This document shows, one piece after another, positions 10,679-21,176 of a stretch of 64,000 bases of DNA (positions are counted from its first letter, which is position 1; each line of letters opens with the position of its first letter). This DNA is from Candidatus Thorarchaeota archaeon (GTDB lineage: Archaea > Asgardarchaeota > Thorarchaeia > Thorarchaeales > Thorarchaeaceae), in assembly GCA_029855935.1 (NCBI GenBank), contig JAGSHN010000023.1:71516-135515 (forward strand), written 5' to 3'. Below the pieces are notes generated by a model that worked only from the letters and a program-made list of their open reading frames with translations, had not been told where the DNA came from and ran no database searches. The position numbers were made by a program, and so were the translations under genes.

Positions 10679-11128
10679 CTCCACAGCCCTCCGCGGCGTG
10701 GTGAAACATTCCCTGGAGACATTCCATCTAGACCTCACAGGTATGGCGAGAGAGCACCAGACAATGACCAAATCAATGTTCACACTGGTATATGTTCTAC
10801 CAAGCGGGGGAAATCTCGCCTGATGTGCGTGCCACTGCTACGACGCAGCGTTCTCCTCAACGGCAAGCAGAAATGCGGCCACAGCGCCGAACAGTCTTTC
10901 AAATCAAGAAATCACTCTCAGTGGGAAACGTGATGCGTCCGAATATCACACCGAAGTGAGTTTCAAACAGACCAGACCACGTGAGAGGGGCCCAGAAAAA
11001 CGGTGAGGCAAGGCGGAACAGGATGTGTCTGTCGCCCTGCCTCTGAGTTGGCTGCCCCTCGGATACGTCGCCAATCGCCCAAAGTCCAGAACGGGACCCT
11101 CTTATGCAAGGGCCTATTGCTAAATCTT

Positions 11129-11383
11129 CTAGTCAGGTGAGTCCAGGTGCTCCTGCACGATGCGCTTGACCCACGAGATGGGATGCTCCGGCTTCTGTCC
11201 GCTCCCGTAGATCTCTTCCATCGCCTTCTTGAACCGGCTGTAGTTCGTCTCGAAGTCGATCTCCACATCCCAGTTCTCGTTGATCCATTCCTGTAACTCT
11301 TCGTAGTAAGGCACATACCTCCAGGCAAGTCCCATAGTGAGTTTCTTCCCGTCAGGCAGTCTGAATACGTACATCCTCGTCAC
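11129..11383 (-). CDS. Small hypothetical protein
   Basis: 84-aa ORF with protein-like composition, preceded by a GGGGGA SD-like sequence. Confidence 0.55.
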   Translation of the reverse strand: MTRMYVFRLPDGKKLTMGLAWRYVPYYEELQEWINENWDVEIDFETNYSRFKKAMEEIYGSGQKPEHPISWVKRIVQEHLDSPD

Positions 11384-11996
11384 TTGCGAAGTCCCCCATT
11401 ACATGTATGGCGCGAAGACAGAAGAAATTTTCTCGTATAGACTCCCGCGTTGCCGAAGCAAGTGTCGACAACAACCGGACTTGAACCTGCTCTCACACCT
11501 TAACCGACGTGGATCGCACGCACAAAGGGGGAGTCAATGGTGCGGCCCTTGAGCCCGCAGTCTGAGACAGGTCTCACACAGGAAGAGAGCGGTTGCGGAC
11601 GGAGAAGGCCACTCAAGACTTGGCCCAGTTTCCGAAGCACCAAGAGATCAGTCAGAACTGGCACTGATACACCAGCCTCAATCCACACCTATGTCCATCT
11701 ACGAGCAGGCTGACTCATCTGTCTCCAAGCCCGAAGACTGTGACTCCGTGTTCAACGAATGCCCTCCCGCACCGGGGTCTCGCATCAGGTGTCATTGCCG
11801 CTTCCTGGTAGTCCCTCGACCAGGACGCGGAATATCGCATCAAGCCCCCAATTTGACGCTCTGGAGCCCTCCCGCAGCATACGTTTCATCTACATCCCAT
11901 GGTGGGTCGAGCAAGGGCCATGAAGAGTGAGAACTTCACCGATGCTCCAGCCAATCTGAACAAGGTTTATTCCAGCGCGGATCAAGGAACAACGGT

Positions 11997-13598
11997 ATGC
12001 GGAGCGCGGGTGTGCGAGTCCCCATAGGAGAGTTTCGAGGTCATGCCGGCCCTGTGAGTTGCGTTACATTCTCCCCCGATGGACGCTGGATTGCCTCGGG
12101 TGGTACTGACCAAGTCACCCGACTCTGGGATGTCCAGACGGGTCATCCTCTCGTTGTCCTAGAGGGCCACTCATTCTGGGTCTTCTGGGTGGCATTCTCG
12201 CCTGACGGACGGCTACTCGCCACTGCGTCGGCGGACAAGAGCATCCGTTTCTGGGATACAGTGTCTGGCGAGTACGTGGACATCATCGTAGACCACTCAG
12301 ACTGGGTGAGGACCGTCACATTCTCACCGGACGGGCAGCTCCTCGCATCCTGTTCGAGGGACGGGACAGTGCGGCTGTGGGATGCACGGACACGCGACTG
12401 TATCAGAGTCATCTCAGACAGACTAAGTGAGATCAACTCAGTGGCGTTTCAGCCCGGTGGCTCGATGATTGCAGCAGGACTATGCTATGGAGTCATACGA
12501 CTCTGGGACCACAAGACAGGCGAATGCCTCAGAACACTCAGTGCCGGTACTGGGAGGGTCAATTCGGTGGCGTTCTCGCCTGACGGAGGGCTGCTGGCAT
12601 CAGGCTCAGACTACGGCGCAGTACATCTGTGGGATGCGGAGAGCGGCGATTGCCTGTTCGTGCTCAAGGGTCATATATCCAATGTGAGATCAGTGTCATT
12701 CAGTCCTGACGGTCGGACACTTGCCTCCAGCTCCTCGGACGGGTCAATATGGCTCCACGATGTAAGGAGTGGAGAACGTCTCGCTCTATTTGAGGGCCAC
12801 ATAGGGCGTGTGGACTCAGTTGCATTCTCCCCGAATGGGCGACTGCTGGCCTCCGGTTCGGATGACCTGACCATCCGGCTGTGGGACATCGAGAGCGGTA
12901 CCTGTGAGAGGGTTCTCGGGAGAAGTCCACCGTATGCCTATTCAGCTGTGCTGTCACCTGACCAATCCATTCTGGCCGTAGGTCATTCAGACGGGTCGAT
13001 CAATCTGTGGGATGTACGAACACGTACAGTCCTCAGGACATTGAGGGGTCACTCCTGTGGTGTATTCGAGTTGGCGTTCTCTCATAGCGGCCTGCTGCTG
13101 GCATCTGGCGCCAGTGAGAGCGGCGTAAGGCTCTGGGACGTGACCTCCGGAGAGTGCATCAGAGAGATGCACACTCCCCTCACAATGCCAAGTTCTCTCT
13201 CCTTCTCCTCTGATGACTCGATCCTGCGCGTGGGACTCTCAGGACTCGAAGACGGATACTATGATGTGGAAACTGGACAGCAGCTGTTGACTGTATCGAA
13301 TCAGGTACAGGTCAAAGACGGGGACCACAAATGGGATGATTGTCTCCAGGACAACATCGACGCAATGACCAACGACACACGCGTCGAGATATTCGTTGAG
13401 ATTGCCTACCTCGAAGTGAGTATGAACGGACTGGGAATCGAGGACCCGAGCAGTCCTCTTGTGAGCCTCTTGAGGTCATACGTAACAAATCCCCAGTGGG
13501 TCTGGATTGGAAATGGCGTCTGGATAAATTACGCCTTCACAGAGGAGGGGTTGCTGAAAGAACGTGCTCGACAGATAATTTCGCAGATCAAGACCTGA
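11997..13598 (+). CDS. WD40 repeat protein
   Basis: About 9-10 GH..V..VAFSPDG..LASGS.D..IRLWD repeats, plus a non-repeat C-terminal tail. Confidence 0.95.
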   Translation: MRSAGVRVPIGEFRGHAGPVSCVTFSPDGRWIASGGTDQVTRLWDVQTGHPLVVLEGHSFWVFWVAFSPDGRLLATASADKSIRFWDTVSGEYVDIIVDHSDWVRTVTFSPDGQLLASCSRDGTVRLWDARTRDCIRVISDRLSEINSVAFQPGGSMIAAGLCYGVIRLWDHKTGECLRTLSAGTGRVNSVAFSPDGGLLASGSDYGAVHLWDAESGDCLFVLKGHISNVRSVSFSPDGRTLASSSSDGSIWLHDVRSGERLALFEGHIGRVDSVAFSPNGRLLASGSDDLTIRLWDIESGTCERVLGRSPPYAYSAVLSPDQSILAVGHSDGSINLWDVRTRTVLRTLRGHSCGVFELAFSHSGLLLASGASESGVRLWDVTSGECIREMHTPLTMPSSLSFSSDDSILRVGLSGLEDGYYDVETGQQLLTVSNQVQVKDGDHKWDDCLQDNIDAMTNDTRVEIFVEIAYLEVSMNGLGIEDPSSPLVSLLRSYVTNPQWVWIGNGVWINYAFTEEGLLKERARQIISQIKT

Positions 13599-13961
13599 CC
13601 AAGCCTGACGCAGACAGTGCTACGGTGACATGACTTCAAGACAGAGGGAGACGATAAGGCGACGCGTGGAACGTATCTCTCGCATGACCGGGTGGGCAAA
13701 GGAAAACACGATGGACGTCAAATAGCCGCGTTTCTCAACAGTTCCAAGAACTGATTCGAGGGCGATACGACCGAACCCACATTCCAGATGACCTCTAGCA
13801 AAGCCGTCGCCCCACACACGAATTGTCCTCCGTGGCGTCGTTGCTGCTCTGGGCGTTTCACGCGATTCTCCACCAGTAGTCTGTGCACGCAGCAACTATG
13901 GTTTCTATAAGGGATGACCGACACAGGTATCAAAGGATGCAGGAACGTACGTTGCAGGCGG

Positions 13962-14381
13962 ATGACCGTGGAGATTGATTCGAAAAGACTGGCCCGCTAC
14001 AGACAGAAGACTCGCCGGATCTTGTCTGCACTCGAAGAACTATTCAGCAGGCCCTCCAGACCACGGGGTCTGGTCCTGAGAGGGATATACTACAACATCA
14101 TCACGGCAATCGAGAGTGCTATGGATATTGCAGCTATGCTGGTCCGAGACTTGAGAGACGTACCAGTGGGCGACACGGAGAATGTAGGTGTCCTCACTCA
14201 GCACGGGATGCTGACCCAAGATCTGGCCCAGCGCCTGCTGCGCTGCATCGCACTGAGGAATGTCCTGATTCATAGATACAACGGGATAGACGAACAACGC
14301 GTGATGGAATCGATATCAGAGGTCGACGGAATCCTGCGGGAGTATGTTGAGGTAGTGGAGGGACTCGTTGGTGGACCTTGA
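13962..14381 (+). CDS. HepT-like (DUF86) HEPN RNase toxin
   Basis: IESAMDIA and an intact LRNVLIHRY (RX4HXY) motif; overlaps the downstream MNT gene. Confidence 0.85.
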   Translation: MTVEIDSKRLARYRQKTRRILSALEELFSRPSRPRGLVLRGIYYNIITAIESAMDIAAMLVRDLRDVPVGDTENVGVLTQHGMLTQDLAQRLLRCIALRNVLIHRYNGIDEQRVMESISEVDGILREYVEVVEGLVGGP

Positions 14382-15000
14382 GGAGGTACGGCGAGAACTG
14401 GCATTTCTTTCGGGATGGGAGGTCATAGCGTTTGGCTCTGCGGTCAGAGGTCAGGCCGGGCCTCAATCAGACATCGATATTGCAATAATCACGCGGACTC
14501 AGGACGCAGACGCACACTGGAGGCTCAGGATGGATGCCCTTAGCAAAGCGCCGGAGCGGTATGACATCCAGATTCTCGAGGACCTGCCGATAGTCGTGAT
14601 TGCTGACATCCTCGATAACTATGTGGTCGTCTTCGGAGACCCGCCAGCGATAGGAGAGTATCTGTACACGTACCGGAGGGAGTGGGAGAGATATCAGCGG
14701 CGATTCGAGCTGCCCTCTCTGGATGAGATCAAGAGGGGAGTAGGACACTCACACGGCCAAGTAGAGGATTCAGAGAGGGCGTCACCACCTAGAACAGGGA
14801 ACCTCCGGCTGGCCCCAGACCCCGCCGGTCGTGTCCTGCGCCCCTGGGCCTCTTCCCGAGGGGGGCGCACGCCCTATTTCAAGACAGTGAAGTCCTTAGT
14901 GCAGGAAAGAATGGTATCAAAGTGGGTCAAGGCAGGACAGCACCTCACGGCACTGTCGAACGATAACACTACTCGATACCAATTCGCGAGGCGACCTTGA
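14368..15000 (+). CDS. Minimal nucleotidyltransferase (MntA-like antitoxin)
   Basis: FGSAVRG..SDIDIA motif. The C-terminal ~80 aa look like a low-complexity read-through tail. Confidence 0.8.
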   Translation: MVDLEEVRRELAFLSGWEVIAFGSAVRGQAGPQSDIDIAIITRTQDADAHWRLRMDALSKAPERYDIQILEDLPIVVIADILDNYVVVFGDPPAIGEYLYTYRREWERYQRRFELPSLDEIKRGVGHSHGQVEDSERASPPRTGNLRLAPDPAGRVLRPWASSRGGRTPYFKTVKSLVQERMVSKWVKAGQHLTALSNDNTTRYQFARRP

Positions 15001-15334
15001 CAAGCAGGAACACGACGAGTGCCACAATCAGGAACGTGATCAGCTCGCCGACAAAATGCCCCACTCTGAAGGTATAGACCGATATCTCCTCCCAGGGAAT
15101 GTCCGGGATGAAGAAGTTGATCACAGGCATTATGAGGTCATCGACAAGGGCCTGAACCAGCAGACCGAGATATATGCCGAGGATGAACGCGACAGCCAGC
15201 CCGAGCACCTTGTACTTGGACAGGAATGCCACAAACTCGTCCAAGAACCCCTCCGGCGGTGGAGGAGGCGGCGGCGGTTCAAGCAGCTTTCGTATTGCTC
15301 TCAGTTCCTCAAGTATCGCTTCCTCTCTCTCCAT
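14969..15334 (-). CDS. mscL: Large-conductance mechanosensitive channel, archaeal type with N-terminal helix
   Basis: EFVAFLSKYKVLGLAVAFILG, LVDDLIMP, GHFVGELITFLIVALVVFLLVK. Confidence 0.85.
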   Translation of the reverse strand: MEREEAILEELRAIRKLLEPPPPPPPPEGFLDEFVAFLSKYKVLGLAVAFILGIYLGLLVQALVDDLIMPVINFFIPDIPWEEISVYTFRVGHFVGELITFLIVALVVFLLVKVASRIGIE

Positions 15335-15563
15335 CTTGTGCAACACCTCCAGCTCAACTGCGACAGTCAGATGAACAGTGGTCAACAGAGATGGACTGCT
15401 CCTATTTTACAGTTGTCACCCGTCGACTTTCGCGGCTTCAGTCAAGACAAGAAGGAATAGAGTGAGCCAACGAACATTCCGCTCGCGCGACCGAGTGGGC
15501 GTGGGACGACAGGGCAAACGAGTACCCGAATCGACGATCCCAGAGAACAGGGCTCATCGTTCA

Positions 15564-16067
15564 CTAGACCCATTTCACCCGCTCGCAGCCCCACTCGCGC
15601 AACATCCTCGCCAGCTCACCAGTGTGATGCATCGAATGTCGCAGCAGGTAGACAAGCTTCTCAAAGATACTCGAGAACCAGTGAAAGCCATCCTGAGGTC
15701 GAAGGTCTGCGTCAACAACAGACGAGAGGTAGGTGGTCAGACGCTCCGAGACATCATCAAGGTAGCTGATCACAATCTCCTTTGTGATCTTGGGCAAAAC
15801 CTCACGCTCGACATCAGTATCCTCGGACCACTCGAATCCCGCATGTCCGCCCCATCTCATCCCCTCGGGCGTGTCCCTTGAGTAGAAGTCCATAGTCTCG
15901 ACCACGTGGTAGGCAGTCAGTGAGAAGTACCACTCTCTGGAGCCCCTATGCCACAACCCGTCCGGAACCTTGTCGACAGCCTGTCGGAGCATATCCCAAC
16001 TGGCGCGAAACTGACTGAGCAGTGCAGGACCTAGCATTCTCTCGTCTGGCACTTGGACAGTCACCAC
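15564..16067 (-). CDS. DinB superfamily protein
   Basis: AYHVVE and LRHSMHHTGEL His motifs. Confidence 0.8.
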   Translation of the reverse strand: MVTVQVPDERMLGPALLSQFRASWDMLRQAVDKVPDGLWHRGSREWYFSLTAYHVVETMDFYSRDTPEGMRWGGHAGFEWSEDTDVEREVLPKITKEIVISYLDDVSERLTTYLSSVVDADLRPQDGFHWFSSIFEKLVYLLRHSMHHTGELARMLREWGCERVKWV

Positions 16068-16334
16068 AACGGAACAGGAACAGAAGAACCACTTGAGTTT
16101 TATGACGGTTCACGACGAACAACCCCGTACTGGTATTCCGCTGTTCTCCGTCCCGATGTGAAGATCAGTACGCGACGTTCATTCCCTTTGCAGCCTCTGG
16201 AATCTGACCTGAAGGCTACCCTGAACCCCTGCAGAAAACGCCCATTCGGCCCCCGGCTTGGCCGGAGCACGCCACCTCATTGGAATACGCTGTCTCCCCG
16301 CGGCAGATCCGTCATCTGTCGAACTGTAGCCAGA

Positions 16335-16455
16335 CCCGAGCCGGTGACATGCACGCAATGTTTTTCTTGGCCGCAACGGCCCCCCGCCGGGGTTCGGACC
16401 CCGGATGTCAAATGGCACCCGTGAACCAACATCGGCTCGGGAAACCGAGGCCATT
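16335..16455 (+). ncRNA. Candidate structured cis-regulatory RNA (riboswitch-like)
   Basis: A 12-bp stem (16335-16346/16430-16441) encloses TGACAT/ATGTCA, GGCCG-CAA-CGGCC and CCGGGGT-TCGG-ACCCCGG hairpins. An alternative CTCGG-GAAA-CCGAG hairpin competes with it. Confidence 0.4.
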
Positions 16456-16492
16456 CCCAATAGAGAAGAAAAGCGGATAGGTGTTGAACGCA

Positions 16493-16621
16493 ATGCCGAC
16501 GTGTAGGGACTGCAAGTTCTACAAGCCAATCGACGACACGAAGGGGGACTGCCTTGGCCACGAGGTCCCTGGGGACAGGGACGCAAAGCTCTGTCCTGCG
16601 AAGGCATTCACGCCCAAATGA
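16493..16621 (+). CDS. 42-aa 4-Cys protein, BssC/TutF-like small Fe-S protein (absent from the ORF track)
   Basis: Translated by hand: MPTCRDCKFYKPIDDTKGDCLGHEVPGDRDAKLCPAKAFTPK*. AGGTG SD-like sequence upstream. Confidence 0.65.
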   Translation: MPTCRDCKFYKPIDDTKGDCLGHEVPGDRDAKLCPAKAFTPK

Positions 16622-16995
16622 CTAGCGACACATAGCTGGGACTTCGATTCTGCTCTCTGAAGCTCAGCTGAGAGAGAAAAAGCAGGTCCAAGCCGAGTGC
16701 TGGTTAGTCGAGTTTCACCATATCGCTTGCAGCAGGGTCCACTCCGCAATCACAACTGCGCAGAGTCCCGAGAGGGCAAATGCTTCCTGCGACATGCTGC
16801 ACGCTTGAAGTCAGCACAGAACAGACTCATCCAGGAAACCGAAGAAACCCCCATGCGTGGACGGACTTTGTTCCTGTACGTGAGAAACCAGTACCTCCAC
16901 AAAAGAACCGACCTACCGTGTGAGTCTGACTAGGGCTTAGTTCCGTCGCTATGTTAATGACCACCCGTTGACCACCATGCCCGAAGCGAAGCCGA

Positions 16996-17418
16996 ATGAC
17001 CGAGATTGACAAGGATCTTGTCACACGCCGACTGGCCGAGATCAAGAGGTGGGTCTACGATATCAGGGCAATTGTGGAACAGGGCCTCGACAAGTTCCTG
17101 TCTGACCCCTACGTCGTAGATGCGGTAAAGTACAGATTGATTGTGATTATGGAGGCATGCATCTCAGTCTGCAGTCACATCATCACAAGGACGACGCGGA
17201 CAGTCCCCAGGACCTGCGCCGACTGCTTTGCGCTGTTGAGCCAACAGGGCATCCTGTCAAAAGAGTTGGCCGAGAGGTTGGGGGAGATGGCAAAGTTCAC
17301 GAGTACACTTGCCCACATCAATCGGAAGGTAGATGACAAGAAGGTCTACCAGATAATGAGGGATGACATAGGCGACATCGAGATGTTTGTGCAAAGGGTG
17401 AGTGAGTACATTGGCTAG
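16996..17418 (+). CDS. HepT-like (DUF86) protein with degenerate active site
   Basis: DUF86-like sequence (IMEACISVC, LAERLGEMAKF), but FTSTLAHIN in place of FRNxLxHxY. Confidence 0.8.
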   Translation: MTEIDKDLVTRRLAEIKRWVYDIRAIVEQGLDKFLSDPYVVDAVKYRLIVIMEACISVCSHIITRTTRTVPRTCADCFALLSQQGILSKELAERLGEMAKFTSTLAHINRKVDDKKVYQIMRDDIGDIEMFVQRVSEYIG

Positions 17419-17800
17419 CAGAGAAGAGATTCTCAACAGGGTCAGGCAGCTCCTGCTCCAACAGGATGAGGTCGTGTTTGCCTACGTGTTTGGTAGCTTT
17501 CTCAGGGGGCCATTCAGAGATATCGACATAGCCGTATTTGTCGACGAAAACCGCGTATCAGACTACCTCAAGTTTGGTCTGAGGCTCGCAGCGAGAATGG
17601 AGAGGGAGATCCACTTGCCCGTTGACCTCAGGGTCCTGAACGACGCCCCGCTGTGTTTCCAGTACGCCGTTATCAAGGGAGAAGTGTTGATCTCCAGGGA
17701 CGAAGAGACAAGGTGCAGCTTTGTCGAGAGAGTGATTGTTGAGTATCTTGACTTCAGAGAGTTCGAGAGACGGGCCATCCGCGATATCATCTCGGCATAG
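17402..17800 (+). CDS. Minimal nucleotidyltransferase (MntA-like)
   Basis: AYVFGSFLRGPFRDIDIAV, VDLRVLNDAP. Confidence 0.85.
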   Translation: MSTLASREEILNRVRQLLLQQDEVVFAYVFGSFLRGPFRDIDIAVFVDENRVSDYLKFGLRLAARMEREIHLPVDLRVLNDAPLCFQYAVIKGEVLISRDEETRCSFVERVIVEYLDFREFERRAIRDIISA

Positions 17801-17927
17801 TGGTTCAGTCGTTGTTGCTCGTGAAGCGAGTACTCGCAGGGATGTTTCCAGTGCTACTGAATTCCTTGGGCCTTCTGCAAGGCGCTCTGTCGACACTGAT
17901 ATTCCTCCGCACGGGGACTGATTATCC

Positions 17928-19427
17928 CTACCACACCCATAGACCAAACAGCTGAAGCAAGACGGCCTGACCGAATACGAAACCGAGCAGCATAGCCCGC
18001 TCCTTGGTGCTCATCCCCGTCCCCGTGATGTAGGTGAGAACGGGAATCAGCAGGAACGGCAGAATGAACATGCAGATTCTTGCTGTCTCGCCCTTCTTAG
18101 GCGTTCCAGCCAGGAACAGAATGGCCAGGGAAATAAGAGCCGCGACGACAAGAGCATATCTCTTGAGCCCCCTCCCATCGCGCCCTGCCTCATCCCTCAT
18201 CATCAGGAGGCCTCTGTAGGCGAGGACGGACAGAATCGGGCCAAAGAAGATCATGATGTCCATGACATCCTCTACTCTCGTCACAACGTACTCAATCGGA
18301 TTGGCAAGCAGCGTGAGGCCGTTCGGATTCTCCAGCGAGCTGGCATAGAGAAACGCGTTGATGTAGTTGAAGCCAGTTGCGAGAGACAGCAACGCGTATG
18401 CCGCAGCAATGCAGGCACTCAACAACAGAGGAAGCCGTATCGACCTCAGGACCTCAACCACACGAGAGACTATGGCACCATCTCTTGTTCCTGCCAGGGC
18501 CTTCAGCGTCTCGAAGGCAAAGAGGAAGAGCACCGCGAACGCGGACAGGAACGTGATGAAGGTGAGCAGGAACAGACAGACAAGAGATCCTGCAAACGCC
18601 ACCCTCCGGTCCGGATGAAGATAGAAGTAGGTGAGGCCCAGCACAAGTGTTGCGACAATCGCATAGATGTTCGCAAGATAGTAGGCCTGAACAGCAGGAA
18701 GAAAGAGGTAGAGAAGGGCAGCATAGCCTGCGATGTCCTCGTCGAACAGCTGACGAACCAACCCCTTGAGGAAGACGGCCGAGCCAGCAGAGGATATGAC
18801 GCAGATACCGAGAGCAATCATCCCCGGGGAGCCGAACGCAAGGCAGAGAACATAGATCACCAGTACTGCCCCGGGCGGATGAGTCTGGGCGTGCACCGTT
18901 AGCGTGGGTTGGAGTGTCTCGTAGTTGCTGATGAAGTCGATGACGCTGCGGACTCGGACCGCGTCGTTGAAGATCTCGATGGGACCGCCTATCGGCTGCA
19001 CAATACCAATCTCCCAGCCGTGAATCAGACTCGTGGCGATGATGGATATCATTCCGACAGCAGCCGCCAGCCAGGGACTCAGGGATATCCGCCCTCGCCT
19101 GTGCAGATACACAAGACCAATCACCGCCACAGCCGACACGACAAGAGCGACTACAATCTCCGGAGGGGAGGGAATCACCAGTTGACCCCACAGCGGCCAG
19201 CTGTTGAATGCCCTGCTACTGTCGCCAGCAGGAGGCGGTCTTGGAGAACCCGAGGGGGGTCGGCGACCGTCAGGCGGCCCTGCGCGGGCTGGACCCAATA
19301 GGATGTGGTAGAAGGCGACAATCAACACGATGCCGAGTGTGACCTTCACGTACGCCCAGATGTTCTCCCTGCTCAGCAGTACACCGGATTGCGAGTCGCG
19401 ATGGGCAGGTGCTTCCTCGGCCGTCAT
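17928..19427 (-). CDS. GT-C fold polytopic membrane glycosyltransferase (putative)
   Basis: About 12 TM helices; HAQTHPPG loop and GETARI motif. Confidence 0.6.
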   Translation of the reverse strand: MTAEEAPAHRDSQSGVLLSRENIWAYVKVTLGIVLIVAFYHILLGPARAGPPDGRRPPSGSPRPPPAGDSSRAFNSWPLWGQLVIPSPPEIVVALVVSAVAVIGLVYLHRRGRISLSPWLAAAVGMISIIATSLIHGWEIGIVQPIGGPIEIFNDAVRVRSVIDFISNYETLQPTLTVHAQTHPPGAVLVIYVLCLAFGSPGMIALGICVISSAGSAVFLKGLVRQLFDEDIAGYAALLYLFLPAVQAYYLANIYAIVATLVLGLTYFYLHPDRRVAFAGSLVCLFLLTFITFLSAFAVLFLFAFETLKALAGTRDGAIVSRVVEVLRSIRLPLLLSACIAAAYALLSLATGFNYINAFLYASSLENPNGLTLLANPIEYVVTRVEDVMDIMIFFGPILSVLAYRGLLMMRDEAGRDGRGLKRYALVVAALISLAILFLAGTPKKGETARICMFILPFLLIPVLTYITGTGMSTKERAMLLGFVFGQAVLLQLFGLWVW

Positions 19428-19510
19428 AGCACGACAGGAATCTCGTGATCACATATACCAGTTTGCCGAAGTCTCTACAGCTCTCACCCAAATCTCTCCC
19501 AAATCACAGT

Positions 19511-19966
19511 TCAGTCCAGACTTATGTATAGAAACACAGCAAGCGCAACACTGGTGAAGAAGTCCGGAATCAGGACAAACGGCCCGAGTCCCTGCGCCCG
19601 AAATCCGAACACCAAATGCACCAGCGGATTCGAGGCCAGAGCGTACAGAAGGAGAGACACCATCACGAGTATCAGGCCGAGAGTGAACCGAGTCTTGATC
19701 TCCCTATATATGCCCGCGTAGATTGCGGTCAGCGCCAGGACCACAACGATATTGAAGAACGAGAGCAGGGCCTTGAGATTCAGCAGAACGTTCATCGTGG
19801 CCGGATCAGCCAGCGGCGGCGGTCGAGGCTCCTCCTGAGGCGGCGGCAGAACGACACTTGCCAGTACCATACCCAACACTCCCACCAGCAGAGCGACCGC
19901 AATGATGGCAACAAACCTCATTCGTTTCGAAGACATAGTCCCGCTATCAATCTCCACTGTCATCAC
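19511..19966 (-). CDS. Conserved archaeal 4-TM membrane protein
   Basis: Four hydrophobic helices; translationally coupled to the upstream ArsR gene. Confidence 0.65.
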   Translation of the reverse strand: MMTVEIDSGTMSSKRMRFVAIIAVALLVGVLGMVLASVVLPPPQEEPRPPPLADPATMNVLLNLKALLSFFNIVVVLALTAIYAGIYREIKTRFTLGLILVMVSLLLYALASNPLVHLVFGFRAQGLGPFVLIPDFFTSVALAVFLYISLD

Positions 19967-20258
19967 CTATACCCCTTTGCCCAATTCTCTCCCAAATCTC
20001 GGTCAACTTGTCAAAGGAGGCCTCGACCTCCTCAGAGAGGAAATAGAGGGATCCGTAACCGCTCCCCTCCCGAACAACGACCTCGTGGCGTTCAAGAAAC
20101 GCCAGATGATGTCGGACTGTCTTGTAGTCCAGACCGAGCAGCTCCGCAAGCTGGTTGGCATTGTAGGGTCGACTGTGAAGAAGGAACATAATTCTCGCGC
20201 GATTCACACCGCCACGGGTGCCAGCGACAAGCCACCAGAGAAGCTGCTCTATCTTCAT
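19947..20258 (-). CDS. ArsR-family winged-helix regulator
   Basis: LLWWLVAGTRGGVNRARI..PYNANQLAELLGLDYKTVRHHL. Confidence 0.85.
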   Translation of the reverse strand: MKIEQLLWWLVAGTRGGVNRARIMFLLHSRPYNANQLAELLGLDYKTVRHHLAFLERHEVVVREGSGYGSLYFLSEEVEASFDKLTEIWERIGQRGIGDDSGD

Positions 20259-20885
20259 CAAGTTCTCTCTCTTCGGGCGGGTATTATAGATTCCCACCAA
20301 AGTGAGTTCAGACTGGATATCCGGTATCAGCGGTGTTCCTCAGGCCGACAAGCACGACCCAAGAACATAGCTCGTTGACAGTCTACGAGAAAGCCCACAA
20401 TGATAGCCGAGGGCGTCGGTACTCTCATCAATGTCATCTGGGAGCGGGTCAGGCAGGTGTCCCGTAGTTGGAACTGGTGTAGTCTGGGGTAACCAAGAAA
20501 ACTCAACGCATACACGCTCAACCACCGGGTGGCAACCAGCGTGCCCTCGGTCTTCGCTTCGAGCGGCTTGTTTCCCCGCTTGCCAGTTGTCAGTGGCCAG
20601 CAGCCTCTCGATAGCCACGAGAAACGTGCGCACATCGGCTATCAGAAGGGGCACGGCTCCCTCAAGAATGTGAGAACGGACGTCACAATGCGGGGTGGGA
20701 ACATACTCGAGCACCTGGTCGGGTGCGACTCGTGCGTACAGTATTTGTTCAGTACGTGACTAGTCGCCATCGCACATTAGGACGAAGAGATGGTGTTGCG
20801 TTCTGTATGATGAGGCGATGCTATCTTTCTTCGAAGGAAGCACAAATCTTATATCCAAAGGTATCCATAGATATCCCGATGTATA

Positions 20886-21176
20886 ATGCGCATACAAAGA
20901 TCGCGAAAAGAGAAGATCCTCATCACGGTCCCGGAAGACCACTTGCGGATAATAGACGGTCTAGTGGCGCGGGGGGCGGCTCCGAGCCGAAGCGCACTCA
21001 TTCAGCAGATCATAGGGGCATTTGTTACAGAGGTCAACAGGATGAAAAACTCCTCATCTCAACTATATGCTCAGCCTCAGACGATAGGAAACGCCGTGGA
21101 AGCTCTGATTGCGTATTTCTTGTATGTGCTTGGGAAGGCAGCAATTGACGCACTGTTTGGGAGTGACAATCAATGA
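20886..21176 (+). CDS. Ribbon-helix-helix (CopG-like) protein
   Basis: KILITVPEDHLRIIDGLV..G...SRSALIQ; CTTATAT TATA-like box upstream. Confidence 0.7.
   Translation: MRIQRSRKEKILITVPEDHLRIIDGLVARGAAPSRSALIQQIIGAFVTEVNRMKNSSSQLYAQPQTIGNAVEALIAYFLYVLGKAAIDALFGSDNQ

Noticed and set aside
20327-20759. Short ORFs upstream of the ArsR gene
   Set aside because: No recognisable motifs on either strand; possibly decayed sequence.
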